Source: Octopus sinensis
Taxonomy: Eukaryota
Direction: 5' to 3'
Assembly: GCF_006345805.1 (NCBI RefSeq)
Contig: NC_043001.1
Location: 38,626,001 to 38,690,000 of the forward strand
DNA length: 64,000 bases
Below the pieces are notes generated by a model. That model was given only the letters and a program-made list of their open reading frames with translations. It searched no databases and was not told where the DNA came from. This document shows, one piece after another, positions 1 through 11,633 of the stretch. The position numbers and the translations under genes were made by a program. How positions within the stretch are numbered: the stretch's first letter is position 1; every line of letters begins with the position of its first letter.

Positions 1-95
1 ACCACAGTCAGTGACAATCAAAACAATAACAACCACAATACTAAAAATAGCAATAACTAAGCGAATGAGAAAGAACATGAAATCAACAAGAACCT

Positions 96-708
96 TTACA
101 GAAGCAAAAATGTGAAAATGATATGAGCATTTAATACTGTCTGACCAACATGCCAACATTTTCCACCTTTGCTGCCACCACAATTAGAAGACACAACAGA
201 CAACTCACCCATCACTGCCTTTGCTAATATTGTCCACTGAATACAAGAGAAAAAAATCACTATCCTGGTAGATAAATTAAAACAAGCAAAATACATGTTA
301 ATGAAACAAGAAAGACACAAAGTTAACAATCCTGCTCTGTGTCCAACAAAAGGCAAAACCAAATACTGTTACTTATAGAAAAATTACTATTAAAATAAAA
401 GAATTAGAACAGATGACAGAAAAAGGCATAGAAAAATGTTCACAGAAAAAGACAAAGAAAAATGTCTAAGACCAGTCTGGATTATTAAAAGTTATGTCAC
501 CAGGGGAAGAAAGTATGGTACAGTAAAGTTAAGATTCTGTATGGAAGAAAAGACAATAAAACACTCAATGACAATGCTGAAAGCTATTGTCAGTTACACA
601 GACCAGAAACTTGCAATCTGCACAGTTGACCTAAATAGGCCTCATAGGAAGCTGAATGCATCACTTTTGGTGTGCCAAACCTACAGACTGGATCTGTGTA
701 TTAGTTAA
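96..708. pseudogene. Possible ORF1 (gag-like) remnants of a Tx1-type LINE, in two opposite-strand pieces
   Basis: The + piece reads KCLRPVWIIKSYVTRGRKYGTVKLRF..KHSMTMLK; the - piece reads VLPFVGHRA...KCWHVGQT, a possible degenerate zinc knuckle. Both sit directly upstream of a clear Tx1 ORF2 remnant. The resemblance is weak and from memory only. Confidence 0.3.
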
Positions 709-2760
709 GCAGGCGTTGATGGAGTCAGTCCTCAACAACAATTGGTAGTTTGCTCTGAAAAGGGCAATTAGAGCAGAATCCATTAGGTTTAGTAAGGCAT
801 AAGTAACAGAAAGAAATAAAATGGAGGATAACTTAGAAGTGCTTATGAAGGGCACTGAAACTGATGTGCTCATGGTGAGATTGTCCCTGGACCAGTTCTT
901 CAACACTAAGCATGAAGGATGCCTTATCAAAGCTAAGATGCATGCTCTAAGAAATGAGGGAACAAAAACCACCTGATAGGCCTCAGTGGAAGAGGCACAA
1001 TGTGGCAACAAAGCCACAATTTGGTTTTTGGTGAACCAAAATGGATGCTTGGTACTTGAACATGAGCAGATGATTGCAGCATTTCAACAGCACTTTACTC
1101 AGCCGATTGGGATGAACAGCAGTCTGGAATGTAGGATGGATCTTCAGTGCCTACTTTGATGGTATACTACAACTCTTGCTAAGGTAGGTGGAGCATCACA
1201 TCACAAAAGGCTGATAACAGTCCCAGAAACACAAGATGCAATGATGGATGCTGCATGGGAGGGGGGGGGGGCAAATTGCCTGGTTTGGATGGCCTACTCT
1301 ATGAGATTTACTTTCATATGCCCGACTTGTTTGGTGGCCTCTTAGCATATATCTACCACAACTAGCAGCAGAATGGGAGAATTCCTAGTTCTGTAGGTCA
1401 AGGACTCAAACAAAGGGCATCAAATAGAACATTTTAGGTCTATTATGCTGCTGAATGCAGATTAAAAAATTTTGGCCAAAGTGTTAGCAAAATGTTGGTG
1501 CTTGTTGTCAAGGAGCTGATTGGAGATGTGCAAACATGTACCATCTTAAGCAGATCTGTCCATGACAACCTCCACTTATGTGATATATCATAGACATAGT
1601 AGATAAAGAAGCTGGCATGGGTGACAACTGATCAATTTGGATCTCTCAATAGCCTTCAATAATAGGATCGACCACCAATATTTGGTGGCTATTCTCATGG
1701 TGGCCAGTTTCAGTGCCATTTACCATGGTTGGATTGCTGCAATGTACAATGACATCTGCTCAATAGATTAGGTGAATGGTTACTTATTGGAACTATTCAG
1801 CACCATGTACTTGGCTTGCCAAGAGTGTCTCCTCTCATCTCTTCTGAATGTATTGACTCTAAGGCAACTACAGTGGAAACTGGAGGCATTGAGAAACATC
1901 CAATGTGAACTAGGATGTGGAAGAACTGAGTCAGCATATGCATATGATGTCACTGTCATAGTGTTGAACATGAACCTGATTGGCACTGTTCTAAAAGAAT
2001 ATGAAGCAATAACAGGAGTGAAAATTAACTGAGGGCAGTCAGTGGGCTTAAAGTTTGGCGTCTGGAGAGGCAAGTCCATGCCATCCAATAATGTCATGGG
2101 ATGTTGGATGGAGGGACTAGTTAAATTACTTGGGTTTTGGTCTGGACCTCCAGATAGAGAAGAATCACTGGTGCATTGGACAAATCCTGTTGCAGTATTT
2201 TTTCCAAGGTCTTTTACATTTTGAATGCAGGGTGGCCAATCTCACCCAGAAATGGGCTGAGAAAAAGTTGTTTCTGAAAGGTCAGGCAGAGGTGGTGAAT
2301 GCATATATTGCCTACATCATATATTACTGCCTGACCATCATGCCTCACCCCAGTTTATGTCTGATCAAACTGGAGAATATATTCTTCTGCTTTCTGTGGA
2401 GGGGATATTCTCCACTGGTCAGGCACTCCATTTGCTGTCAATACTTGCTGAATGGACGACTGGGCATGTTGTGGCTGCTGATACACAGACTTGCACTGAG
2501 GCTATGACAACCCCAATGCTTCCTTGTTAGTGAGAAGGTGGGGTTGCTGTTAGTCAGATTTGCTCTTCCAAAGCTCATTTCTTTAACTGAGTTGTGGTTG
2601 TGGATCAAGAGTAGACTAAAGCAGAGCACCTAGTACTTAGAGTGTCTTCAGGCACTCACAGTCTCCTGTCAGTTGGGCAATGCAGTTGGTGGAAGTTTTA
2701 CTTTGGTGTTCTATAGAGAATTAGTGGTGGGTAAGTGTGACAACATTCAATGAAACTCTG
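700..2760 (+). mobile_element. Degenerate Tx1/L1-clade non-LTR retrotransposon (linker plus reverse transcriptase remnant)
   Basis: Frameshifted fragments in Tx1 ORF2 order: KHEGCLIKAK linker, LLNAD*KI-AKVLA, SAYAYDVTVIV (decayed YADD), YEAITGVKIN, KLLGFW.GPDLQIEKN, W....LFLKGQAEVVNAYI. Multiple stops and frameshifts. Confidence 0.85.
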
Positions 2761-2799
2761 GTAATTGATGAGAATCAACTGGTCTATTCCAGAGGATTT

Positions 2800-3030
2800 T
2801 TCAGGCTGGGACCTATGGATAATTAGAGAAGGGAGAAGTATAATATGGATGGATGTTAGATATAGAAAAGGGTACTAAATATTGAATATACACAGATCCA
2901 ATGCTTTCAAATCCTTTAATAGGTAGCATGGAACAGTGAGTAGAAGAGATGAAATGGAGGGTGGTAGCATGAAATTGGCAAAAGGAGCAGAAGATGATGA
3001 CTTAGCAGGTGTAATTTTGCATAGGCCCAG
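2800..3030 (+). repeat. Old LINE 3'-end-like fragment, homologous to 21740-21935
   Basis: Colinear by eye with 21740-21935; shared blocks include gaatatacacagat, catggaacagtga, aagagatga.atggaggg and aggcccag. Confidence 0.5.
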
Positions 3031-3220
3031 ATATACACACATACTTGCAAACATAAATTTATACCTATATTTATATACATATGTGCCATATTTTCAGTAT
3101 ATTTCATAAATACTGCTCCTCTTATTTTGACATAGATTTCTCCAAGTTTACATAGGAACTGGGCCTTTAAGTCTTTTCTAGTACAGCATAATACTTCACT
3201 TTCACCTAGTTTTTATAATT

Positions 3221-3231
3221 TTATTTCTTAG
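3221..3231 (-). CDS. Candidate terminal coding exon (AKK-stop) overlapping an AATAAA
   Basis: Minus strand: accataacag|CT AAG AAA TAA. Phase 1 is compatible with the upstream exon. AATAAA at 3225-3220 overlaps the stop. No transcript evidence. Confidence 0.3.
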
Positions 3232-3461
3232 CTGTTATGGTGCTGTATATAGTAGTACTTCATCTCATGTCACCTTAAATTATTTGGGACTTATCACAGG
3301 CCACTGAACCAGTCTCTAAAACTCAGCAGGATGTCTGATAAACATTTAAGTTTTCTGTCATGTTCTAAGTATGTACATTCTCTTTCTTATTCTCATGTAT
3401 CAGATAATACCTCCCTAGATATATTTAGTTACATTAATAGATTGAGTATAATCATGCTTAC

Positions 3462-3506
3462 CTTCAGGTTTCTTGCTTGGTTTATTGACATTAAGATCAT
3501 TCACAC
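3462..3506 (-). CDS. Array micro-exon copy 1 (45 nt, phase 1-1): GVNDLNVNKPSKKPE; tyrosine removed by in-frame 6-nt deletion
   Basis: ttcttaaag| acceptor and G|GTAAGC donor; length divisible by 3; no stop. Confidence 0.65.
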
Positions 3507-4327
3507 CTTTAAGAAATTAAAAAATAAATCCCATACAATTATAGATATTATTTAAAATATATTAATATTGTGCTGAAACTAACAGAACTAACAGTAGGAA
3601 TTAACAATATCATATTATTTTCTCCATTTACATCTTAATACTATTATGAAATTAATAGAAAAAAAAAACACTGAATGGTGTAAAGTACAATTAAAGAAGA
3701 ATAAAGGTAGAAAATATTAAAGATAAATTTGAAAATCTACAAGAGCAAAGCTTATGATAGAAATAATGCAAAATGCACAATTATGAATTTTTGTTCATGT
3801 ATAAGGTTACATAACTTGTTTCTATTCAAAGGAAAAAGGGGCTAAATATTTGCTAATTCTTTGCTTAATTCATCTTATCACCACCATCGTTATCATCGCC
3901 ACCATAACCTTCATCATTGTTTATCCACTGTCCATGCTAGCATGAGTTTGTGAAGCAATCATAATTAAAACCAGTTCCTTTTTGCTATCACAAAACACCT
4001 TGGTCTGATCCACTGATCATAATTCTCTCATATTTTTTCATTTTGGTGTTGTTTTTAAGGCTGACCTTTCACATCATTAATACTTCATAAAGCCCCTCTT
4101 ACTTTAATTCTTTCCAAATTTTCTCAGCTGTTATTGTAATTTCTGAGTAGCACTTCACCACATGTCACATATGCTTAGTTGGGACTTAGCATCAGCCACT
4201 GATGTTGGTTTTAGACTTCAATAGATTCTTCCATAAAAGTACAAGTTTTCTGTGTTATATGTATATATGTATTACTTAATAACTCTTGAAGTTTATGTAG
4301 TTTTCTTAATAGACTGAATATAATTAC

Positions 4328-4378
4328 CATAGGTTTTCTTGCTTGGTTTATTGACTTTAGCATAAAGGTCATTCACAT
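4328..4378 (-). CDS. Array micro-exon copy 2 (51 nt): DVNDLYAKVNKPSKKTY
   Basis: ttccctaaag| acceptor and G|GTAATT donor; symmetric phase 1; open frame. Confidence 0.75.
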
Positions 4379-4559
4379 CTTTAGGGAATTAAAGAAAGAT
4401 TTTATTTAAAATATATTAATGCTGTGATGAAAGTATCAGAACTAATATTAATGAAAAACATTCACTCCCTCTCATACATAAAGGTACAAAGAAGTATAAG
4501 CAGGAACTTATGTATTCATTGTTTACACTAAGAACACCTTATGAAATTTCTACCAGCTC

Positions 4560-5540
4560 ATTTCCTACATAAAGAGCACATTCATTTTCCTGATAGTATC
4601 TGAGTTCAGTCTTTCTTCCTATATGGTAAAAAATGTGTTTTTACTAGATTCAATTTAAAATCTTTAAAATGCAGATTTTGCTATCATGTTTGGAATTTCT
4701 GCCTAACCCAACTGTTCTACAGATTCTGTTATAAAAACTAGGTCATAAGCATAAAGGTGTTTCAAGGTTGTCTAAAATACATCTTTCATAGTTTGGAGCC
4801 TAAATAAACAGGAAAGGCTGAACACTGAGTCCTGATAAAACCTATATGCATACTAAATTCATTGCGATTGCTCACCTTACTCACAGTGAATCTGCACACG
4901 GTTTTTATGGCTCACACAACTAATTCGTGTAAGTTTGGTTTCCTTAGCATCTACCAGACCAGATAGTGAATTACTCAGTCCAAATTACTCTCCAAATTCA
5001 CAAATGCTTAGTATAGGAACTTCCACCTAGCTAAATACTTATTTGTAGTTATTTCATTTGGAATATGAGCTCAATGATACAGCTTCTTGGCATATCCAGG
5101 TTAATCTTATTCTTAATCAATTTTTCAATAGCGAATGAATATTGTAAATCTCTAAATATCTATTCTCAAGAGACCAGCTACATTTCCTACTTTTTCATTC
5201 TTCAATTGCACTGGAATGCTGGTAGCTCTTCTGCTTCTACTTGGAATAAATTCACTCTTTGCTTTTGACATCAGTAAGAATGAGAAAGCCATTGTTATTC
5301 TATACATCTAAAGTGTGTCTTCTCTCTCGCAGACTGCCTGGCAATTTGGATGGCCTTGCATGACTGATCCTCATCTTGCACAATATATGCAAACTTTTGT
5401 TATTTTACCTTTCCTTGTGCTACGTATAGCCAAAATTTAGCTTCTCTTTAGTTGTTTGATATTTTCCACATTGCCCCCTTTCTATAAATCTTTCGCTTGT
5501 TATGATGCTACCTATAATATTGTCTCAGTGTGTGCCACCT
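4560..5540 (-). mobile_element. Ancient RTE-clade LINE fragment duplicated with the array unit
   Basis: Minus-strand translation gives decayed RTE linker/RT text (KLIKNKINLDM..., LQE.YLA, AFVNLEK), matching the younger RTEs at 25.5-26.0 kb and 28.4-28.8 kb. Confidence 0.75.
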
Positions 5541-5716
5541 TACACCATCACTTATCTAATCTATAGAGTTCAGTATGAGGTACCATAAAAGCTGCAGATT
5601 TTTTTCTGTTATAATCTGTCTTAGATATATAATTTTTGTCATATGTATTGTCATATATGTTAGTTAATACCTCTTGAACTCTTGTTAGTTATATTAATGA
5701 ACTGAATCATGCTTAC

Positions 5717-5743
5717 CATCAGGCTTCTTCCTAGTTATATTGT
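5717..5743 (-). CDS. Array copy 3: original acceptor lost; internal AG would give a 27-nt Tyr-less exon DNITRKKPD
   Basis: No AG at the canonical position (5768-5769). Internal tatcctaaag| lies 24 nt into the ancestral exon. G|GTAAGC donor retained; frame preserved. Confidence 0.4.
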
Positions 5744-6597
5744 CTTTAGGATAAAAATTGAACACAAATTTAAGGTGTTAAAAAATAATGACATATAATT
5801 CTAGATAACATTTAAAATGATGTATTGAAAGTATCGGAACAAATATTAATGAAAAACATTCACTCTCTTATGCACATATATATTCAAAGTTGTATAAGCA
5901 GGAATTAGTAATATATTATTATTTTCTCCATTTAGCTCAGATTATCATAACCAAATCAACAGAAAAAACAAAAGAATGAAAATACACTGAGTGATAAAAT
6001 AAAGTACAATTAATGATTAATAAAGGTAGAAATTGTTAATACGCATGAAAATCTATGTTTACATGTAATGCAAAATGCACATTTATAAATTTTTGTGTTA
6101 TGTAGGTTATATTACAGTGGCATCTCTATTGAAAGGAAAGATGGCCTAAATATTTGCTAACTATTTGCTTAATTTATCTTGTCATTATCATTGCCCCCAT
6201 TGTCATCACATTGATCAAACACTGTCATGGGTTTGTCAAGCCATCATAATTAAAACCATTTCCTCTTGGTTGTCACAACACACCTTGGCTTGATCCACTG
6301 ATCATAATTCTCTCTTATCATCTCATATTGGTGTAGTTTCTGAGGCTGGACTTTCATTAGTCTTTGGTACTATATAATGTTCCCTTACGTTCACTCTCTC
6401 CAAACCTGTCTATTATCTGTTATGGTAATTTCCAAAGTAGGATTTTATGTGTCACTTTGCGTTTTTTTAGTTGGGACCTTGCACCAGTCACTAATTTTGG
6501 TTTTAAACCCCAGCAGATTGTCTGTGTTATATATATCGGTTAATATCTCTTGAAGTTTATATAGTTTAATGAATGGACTGAATATAATTATGCTTAC

Positions 6598-6648
6598 CAT
6601 CAGTTTGCATACGTGGTTTGTTAACTTTAGCATAAAGTTCTTCCACAT
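6598..6648 (-). CDS. Array micro-exon copy 4 (51 nt): DVEELYAKVNKPRMQTD
   Basis: ttccttaaag| acceptor and G|GTAAGC donor; open frame. Confidence 0.78.
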
Positions 6649-6829
6649 CTTTAAGGAATTAAAGAAAGATATGATGATTTAAATATAGTAATACTGTGCT
6701 GAAAGTATCAGAACTAATATTAATGAAAAACATTCACTCCCTCACATACATAAATATTCAAAGAAGTATAAGCAGGAACGTATGTATGTATTGTTTACAC
6801 TGGGAACACCTTATGATATTTCTACCAGC

Positions 6830-7495
6830 TCATTTCCAGCATAAAGAGCACATTCATTTTCCTGATGGTATCTGAGTCCAGTCTTTCTTCCTATATTTTG
6901 CTAGATTAAATTTAATGCCCTTCAAATACAGATTTTACTATCATGTTTGGAATTTCTATCTGACCCAGTTTTTCTACAGATTCTGATATAAAAGCAGAAT
7001 CATCAGCATACATGTGTTTTGAAAGTTATCTATCTAAAATACATCTTATATAGCTTGGAGGCCTAAAGAAACAGGAAAGGCTGAGCACTGAGTTTTGAAA
7101 ACCCCCATATGCACACTTAATTCATTGCTATCACTCACCTTGCTCACAGTGATTCTGCACAAGGCTTGTATGGCTCACACAACCAATTCATCAAAATCCA
7201 GTTTCCTTAGCAACTACCAGATCAGATTGTGAATGGCTCAGCCAAAGGATTTGTCCCTTTCTCCAAATTCACAAATGCTTGGTATAGGAGCTTACTCCTA
7301 GCTAAGTACTTCTTTGTAGTTATTTCATTTGGAATATGATCTCAATGATACAGCTTCTTGGCATATCCAAGTTAACCCTATTCTTAATCAACTTTCTAAT
7401 AACCCATGGATATTCCAAATTTTTATATATTTAGTCTCAAGAGACCAGCTACTTTCCCTATCTTTACATTGTTCAATTGTGCTGTTATAACGCTG
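6830..7495 (-). mobile_element. Ancient RTE fragment (array-borne), interrupted at 7495 by the CR1 insertion
   Basis: Paralogous to 4560-5200; continues at 11956 on the far side of the CR1. Confidence 0.75.
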
Positions 7496-7578
7496 TTAGT
7501 TAGTTAGTTAGTTAATTTGGCTCAAAAGCAAATAGCAAGGCCATGTAGGGGGACATAGAGTTAAGTACAGGGTGGTGT

Positions 7579-10500
7579 TCATGTAAAGAGTTCAGGCCAC
7601 TTGAGGTCAAGGGAGGCTTTGAACAAAGCGGTCGTCGGCATCTTCACCATCTCGTCTGGCAGCTTGTTCCATGGATCCGCAACCCGGACGGAGAAAGCTC
7701 CTCTCCTTCGATTGAGATGAAATCGTTGCAGGTAGAGCTTATCGGAATGACCCCGCAGCCGACGCTCTGGGGCAGGAGTGAAGAACAGCTCTTTCGAGAG
7801 GTTACACTTTCCACTTATGATGTTGTGGGCGAGAATGAGATCACCACGGCGGCGGCGTTTTTCTAGAGAATAAAGGTCGAGCGTCCTCAGCCTTTCTTCA
7901 TAGGACAAATTTTTGAGACCATGAACCATGCGGGTAGCCAGCTTCTGGACTCTTTTGAGATGCTGTATGTCTTTGAGGAGATAAGGAGAAGATGCTTGAA
8001 TCCCGTACTCCAATATGGGTCTCACCAGCGTGACATAGAGTGGTAGGAATATGGCTGCTGTGAGCATTCCGAATGACCGTCGAATCAAGAACAGAATTCC
8101 GCGTGCTTTGTTGGCAGCATGGACGCACTGGGCCGAAGGCGAAAATGAGGAATCCACCAAGATACCCAGGTCCTTTACCTGATCAGTCCTCTCCAGCAGC
8201 AGACGACCCGGCTCGAAATCAAGTTGCGTTGCAGGAGGAGAGCCAATAGGCAGATGACAGCACTTTGACACGTTCAGACACAGGTCCCATTCGTTAGACC
8301 ACCTCCAAATTTGGTGGAGGCATCGACGAAGATCCTCTATATCACCGCGAGGAGCGACCAGTTTGATATCATCGGCAAATAGAAGGGTGTGTTGCATGAG
8401 GTCGTCGGGCAAGTCATTTATGAAGACTAAGAACAATAAGGGCCCAAGCACTGAACCTTGAGGCACGCCACTGCTCGCACTGAAGACGTCGGACCGCGAA
8501 CCATTAACTTGGACTTGGAAGGAGCGATCTGAGAGGAAGGCACCAACCCATCGTACAATATCCGGATGGAAACTATATGCTTGAAGCTTGACAAGTAATA
8601 GGCGGTGGTTTACCGAGTCAAAAGCTTTGGCAAAGTCCAATAAAACGATGTCAACAGCATCACTATCATCGAGGATGCGCATCACCAATTCTTCCATTAC
8701 CAGTAAGTTGGTCAAGCATGATCTCTTCGGCACGAAGCCGTGTTGGGAATCAGAGATAGAGGCTGTGTTTTGGAGGTGGAGCATCATACTTTTCTTAAGG
8801 ATGGTTTCGAACATCTTGCTGATTATTGATGTAAGGGAAACCAGTCGGTAGTTAAGCGGGTCTTCGCGGCTCCCTTTCTTGAAAATTGGGCAGATTATCG
8901 CTGTTCTCCAGTCTGCAGGTATAACACCCGTCGCCAATGACATATTGAATAGATGTGTTAAGGGCTCGCAGATGACCGGAGCCAATGCTTTGATAACCCG
9001 TGGGTGTATGCCGTCAGGGCCATGACCCTTGTTGACATCGAGGCCTTGAATAACACGTTTGACTTCGTCCCGCGTGATGACCAATTGAAGCATTGGAGGT
9101 ACCGATCTATCAAATGGAGGGGGTTCACGACCATCATCTTGTTTGAAAATAGTTGAAAAAGCCTCGGCAAATAATTGACTCTGTTGATAAGGGTCCTCAA
9201 TCGATACGCCTGTTGAGTCTACCAACGTTGCAATCTGGTTGTTCAAGCGGGAATTCCATTGGACATGGGCAAAGAAGGTTTTTGGATTGCTACTGGCATT
9301 TGCCGCGATTTTGTAGTCATAACTGAAGCGTTCTTCCTTTTCAATTTTCACGGCTCGGTCTCGTTGAGTTTTGTACACCTCAAAAGCTGCAGTCGAATCC
9401 AGATTTTTGAATTCAGCCCAAGCAATATCTCTGAGTCGAAGTTCTCGTTTAACCTTCTTTGTCACCCAGGGCTTGTGTTTCTTCTTCATGGGAAGCCCAA
9501 CGGGAACTGCCTGGTCAGTCAACCAGATTACATATGCTTTGAGGGATGACCATAGTTCGTCAACTGAGGACAACGTCATCAGGGATCGCCAGTCCAGAAG
9601 CGCGGAAGCCTCGGTTAGAATTTCAAGATTAATTGCAGAGAAGACTCCACGTGGCAGCGAAGTAGTCGTGGGCGTAGAAAAAGTTGTGTGCATGATGAAC
9701 TTCAGGACCGCATGATCACTCTTGGCAAGAGGGGCGCACACAGATACGTCTGACACTGATCTTGGATAGCGGGAGAATACCAGATCCAGCATAGATGGCT
9801 GCTGCCCAGACCGATGCCTTGTCGGATATTCAACATGTTGCGATAGAAAACAATCTTCAGCCATGCCAAGAAGGGCCTGGTCGAACCGGGAAGATGTTGT
9901 ACAAACTGATGCGGGCCAATCAATCGTGGGAGCGTTGAAGTCTCCTAGTATCAAACAGTCATGCGAAGCTGAAACGAATCTTATCGCTTCGAGTAAATGA
10001 GCATCATCCTGGGGGTCGGCAAGAGGTGGCCTGTAAACAGCTAACACGGGCAGGCAAAACTCGGATAGGTTCAGCTTGCAATAGACGGCATCGAATTTTG
10101 TTGTAGGTTGAGCATTAGTGGGTAGAATACCGCTGGACGGTTTGTGATCAGATTTAACATACACAGCAACACCTCCAACTCGCCTTTTTTCTCTGTCACA
10201 TCTGAAGAGGACGTAGCCCTGTAGGTGGATTTCTGAGTCCTTTACTGCTGGAGTCAGCCAAGTCTCGGTGATAGCTATCACATCAGGGGAGTCACGTATG
10301 GCCAGTGTAAATAGTTCGCTGAAGTTTGGAAATAAGGAGCACGAGTTGGTATAGACGATGCTGAGCTGTGAAGTTTGAGGGGCGGGAGTTGGGGAACAAG
10401 CAGAATAAGGGGTATCAGAGATAGCATCGTTGACGGGGGTATCTACTTCACTTCGATTTGCCCTCAATTCACTTTCCCTGTCAGCACTACAGCATGCGAC

Positions 10501-10725
10501 CAGAGGTAGGACTTGATTATTTGTCCGTCTTGGATGCGTAAACCCTTCTCTCCCATCTGTTTTGTCATCTTTAGTTCGGATATTAGGTTTCTCCAGCGAA
10601 TTCTCTCTCTCAGTGAGTATTCCTCGCGAAAACCCATATTGGGGTCCTCCCAGACATGCGTCTGAGCTCTGTTCAGAAAGGTTGAAGCCTCCTGATCGGA
10701 AGAAAAGATTACCCTTATTGGGCAT
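7579..10725 (-). CDS. CR1 ORF2: apurinic endonuclease plus reverse transcriptase (1048 aa)
   Basis: APE motifs YTNSCSL, AITETWL, GGVAVYV, YRPP, LGDFN, LDLVF, SDH. RT motifs GPDGI, QHGF, DFAKAFD, GVPQGSVLGPLLF, FADD, DLG. CR1-type C-terminus RRRGDLI...RGH...FSVRV..WN.LP. Confidence 0.95.
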   Translation of the reverse strand: MPNKGNLFFRSGGFNLSEQSSDACLGGPQYGFSRGILTERENSLEKPNIRTKDDKTDGREGFTHPRRTNNQVLPLVACCSADRESELRANRSEVDTPVNDAISDTPYSACSPTPAPQTSQLSIVYTNSCSLFPNFSELFTLAIRDSPDVIAITETWLTPAVKDSEIHLQGYVLFRCDREKRRVGGVAVYVKSDHKPSSGILPTNAQPTTKFDAVYCKLNLSEFCLPVLAVYRPPLADPQDDAHLLEAIRFVSASHDCLILGDFNAPTIDWPASVCTTSSRFDQALLGMAEDCFLSQHVEYPTRHRSGQQPSMLDLVFSRYPRSVSDVSVCAPLAKSDHAVLKFIMHTTFSTPTTTSLPRGVFSAINLEILTEASALLDWRSLMTLSSVDELWSSLKAYVIWLTDQAVPVGLPMKKKHKPWVTKKVKRELRLRDIAWAEFKNLDSTAAFEVYKTQRDRAVKIEKEERFSYDYKIAANASSNPKTFFAHVQWNSRLNNQIATLVDSTGVSIEDPYQQSQLFAEAFSTIFKQDDGREPPPFDRSVPPMLQLVITRDEVKRVIQGLDVNKGHGPDGIHPRVIKALAPVICEPLTHLFNMSLATGVIPADWRTAIICPIFKKGSREDPLNYRLVSLTSIISKMFETILKKSMMLHLQNTASISDSQHGFVPKRSCLTNLLVMEELVMRILDDSDAVDIVLLDFAKAFDSVNHRLLLVKLQAYSFHPDIVRWVGAFLSDRSFQVQVNGSRSDVFSASSGVPQGSVLGPLLFLVFINDLPDDLMQHTLLFADDIKLVAPRGDIEDLRRCLHQIWRWSNEWDLCLNVSKCCHLPIGSPPATQLDFEPGRLLLERTDQVKDLGILVDSSFSPSAQCVHAANKARGILFLIRRSFGMLTAAIFLPLYVTLVRPILEYGIQASSPYLLKDIQHLKRVQKLATRMVHGLKNLSYEERLRTLDLYSLEKRRRRGDLILAHNIISGKCNLSKELFFTPAPERRLRGHSDKLYLQRFHLNRRRGAFSVRVADPWNKLPDEMVKMPTTALFKASLDLKWPELFT

Positions 10726-11633
10726 GGTCTAGTATCTGAGGTTGAGTTCGCTTGGAATCTTCCTAGCCGAGCGACCTTATGGATACTGACATTTTCGTTG
10801 ACAGAGAACAATTCTCCAACTAAAATGGAAACAAAATTAATGTCTTCTTTTAGGCGGTTTATGCCTGTATCACAGGTGGATTCAGCTTTACCATAAATTA
10901 TTGCTGATCTTGAGTGGGCAAAATGTTCTCTACTATGAGCTGCGGTATTCGATTCTTCGTTGGATGATTTCGAAAGGGTGGTTTCATAGCCATCAGACTT
11001 ATGTCGGCCTGTGGGGTCGATCGGAATGGGTTTAGTGGTCATAACTTTCCTGCCTGGTTTGGAACTGCACTGCCTCTTCTTCGGTTTGGGGGAGCACCAC
11101 TCCCCAGATGAACTCACATCGAGATCGTTCAGAATTGGTTGAGCAATGGCATTAATGGGAAGGACAAGTGAGGGAGAATCCAAACAGATTTTATCGTGAT
11201 CAGGTTTCATAGCTAAATCTGCCCCACTGGAGTTTTGACTACGTTTCTTCTTTTGGGGAGAACAACGGTCTTCAGGTGGGTTTGAGTCTACACTCCTCAA
11301 ATTAGGTTGGGGAACCTCCGGGACCGAAAAGGCAGATGAGGAAGAATCCGCACAGGAACGATCATGTGCAGAAACGACCGCCGGTTCCTTCGCCTTCTTT
11401 GGCCGCTTCGATTTTGTTCCCTTCGGTTTGGATGTCTCCAGGGAAGAAATCAAGGGTGGCTCTGCATCAATAGGAGACTGTTTATTCAGTAAAAGAGCAA
11501 CAACAGACTTTAGGTGCTCGACCTCTTGTTTGAGCAACAGCAACTGCTCGTTGAGCTGACTATTGGTAGGACCATCATCTTGATGAGAAGCCCTTCTTGC
11601 AGATCTCAGTTTCGATCTGTAGGTAGCTGACAT
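10464..11633 (-). CDS. CR1 ORF1 (389 aa; coiled-coil N-terminus, RRM-like C-terminal half)
   Basis: Open 389 aa upstream of ORF2; heptad-like LNEQLLLLKQEVEHLKSVV; IIYG.AES...IHKVARLG...RP.PIRVIF segment typical of CR1/L2 ORF1. Confidence 0.85.
   Translation of the reverse strand: MSATYRSKLRSARRASHQDDGPTNSQLNEQLLLLKQEVEHLKSVVALLLNKQSPIDAEPPLISSLETSKPKGTKSKRPKKAKEPAVVSAHDRSCADSSSSAFSVPEVPQPNLRSVDSNPPEDRCSPQKKKRSQNSSGADLAMKPDHDKICLDSPSLVLPINAIAQPILNDLDVSSSGEWCSPKPKKRQCSSKPGRKVMTTKPIPIDPTGRHKSDGYETTLSKSSNEESNTAAHSREHFAHSRSAIIYGKAESTCDTGINRLKEDINFVSILVGELFSVNENVSIHKVARLGRFQANSTSDTRPCPIRVIFSSDQEASTFLNRAQTHVWEDPNMGFREEYSLRERIRWRNLISELKMTKQMGEKGLRIQDGQIIKSYLWSHAVVLTGKVN

Noticed and set aside
4421-4460. 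TGATGA (box C-like) motifs in the array suggesting a snoRNA cluster
   Set aside because: Not conserved across units (TGCTGA, CATTGA and others), and no consistent box D or terminal stem.
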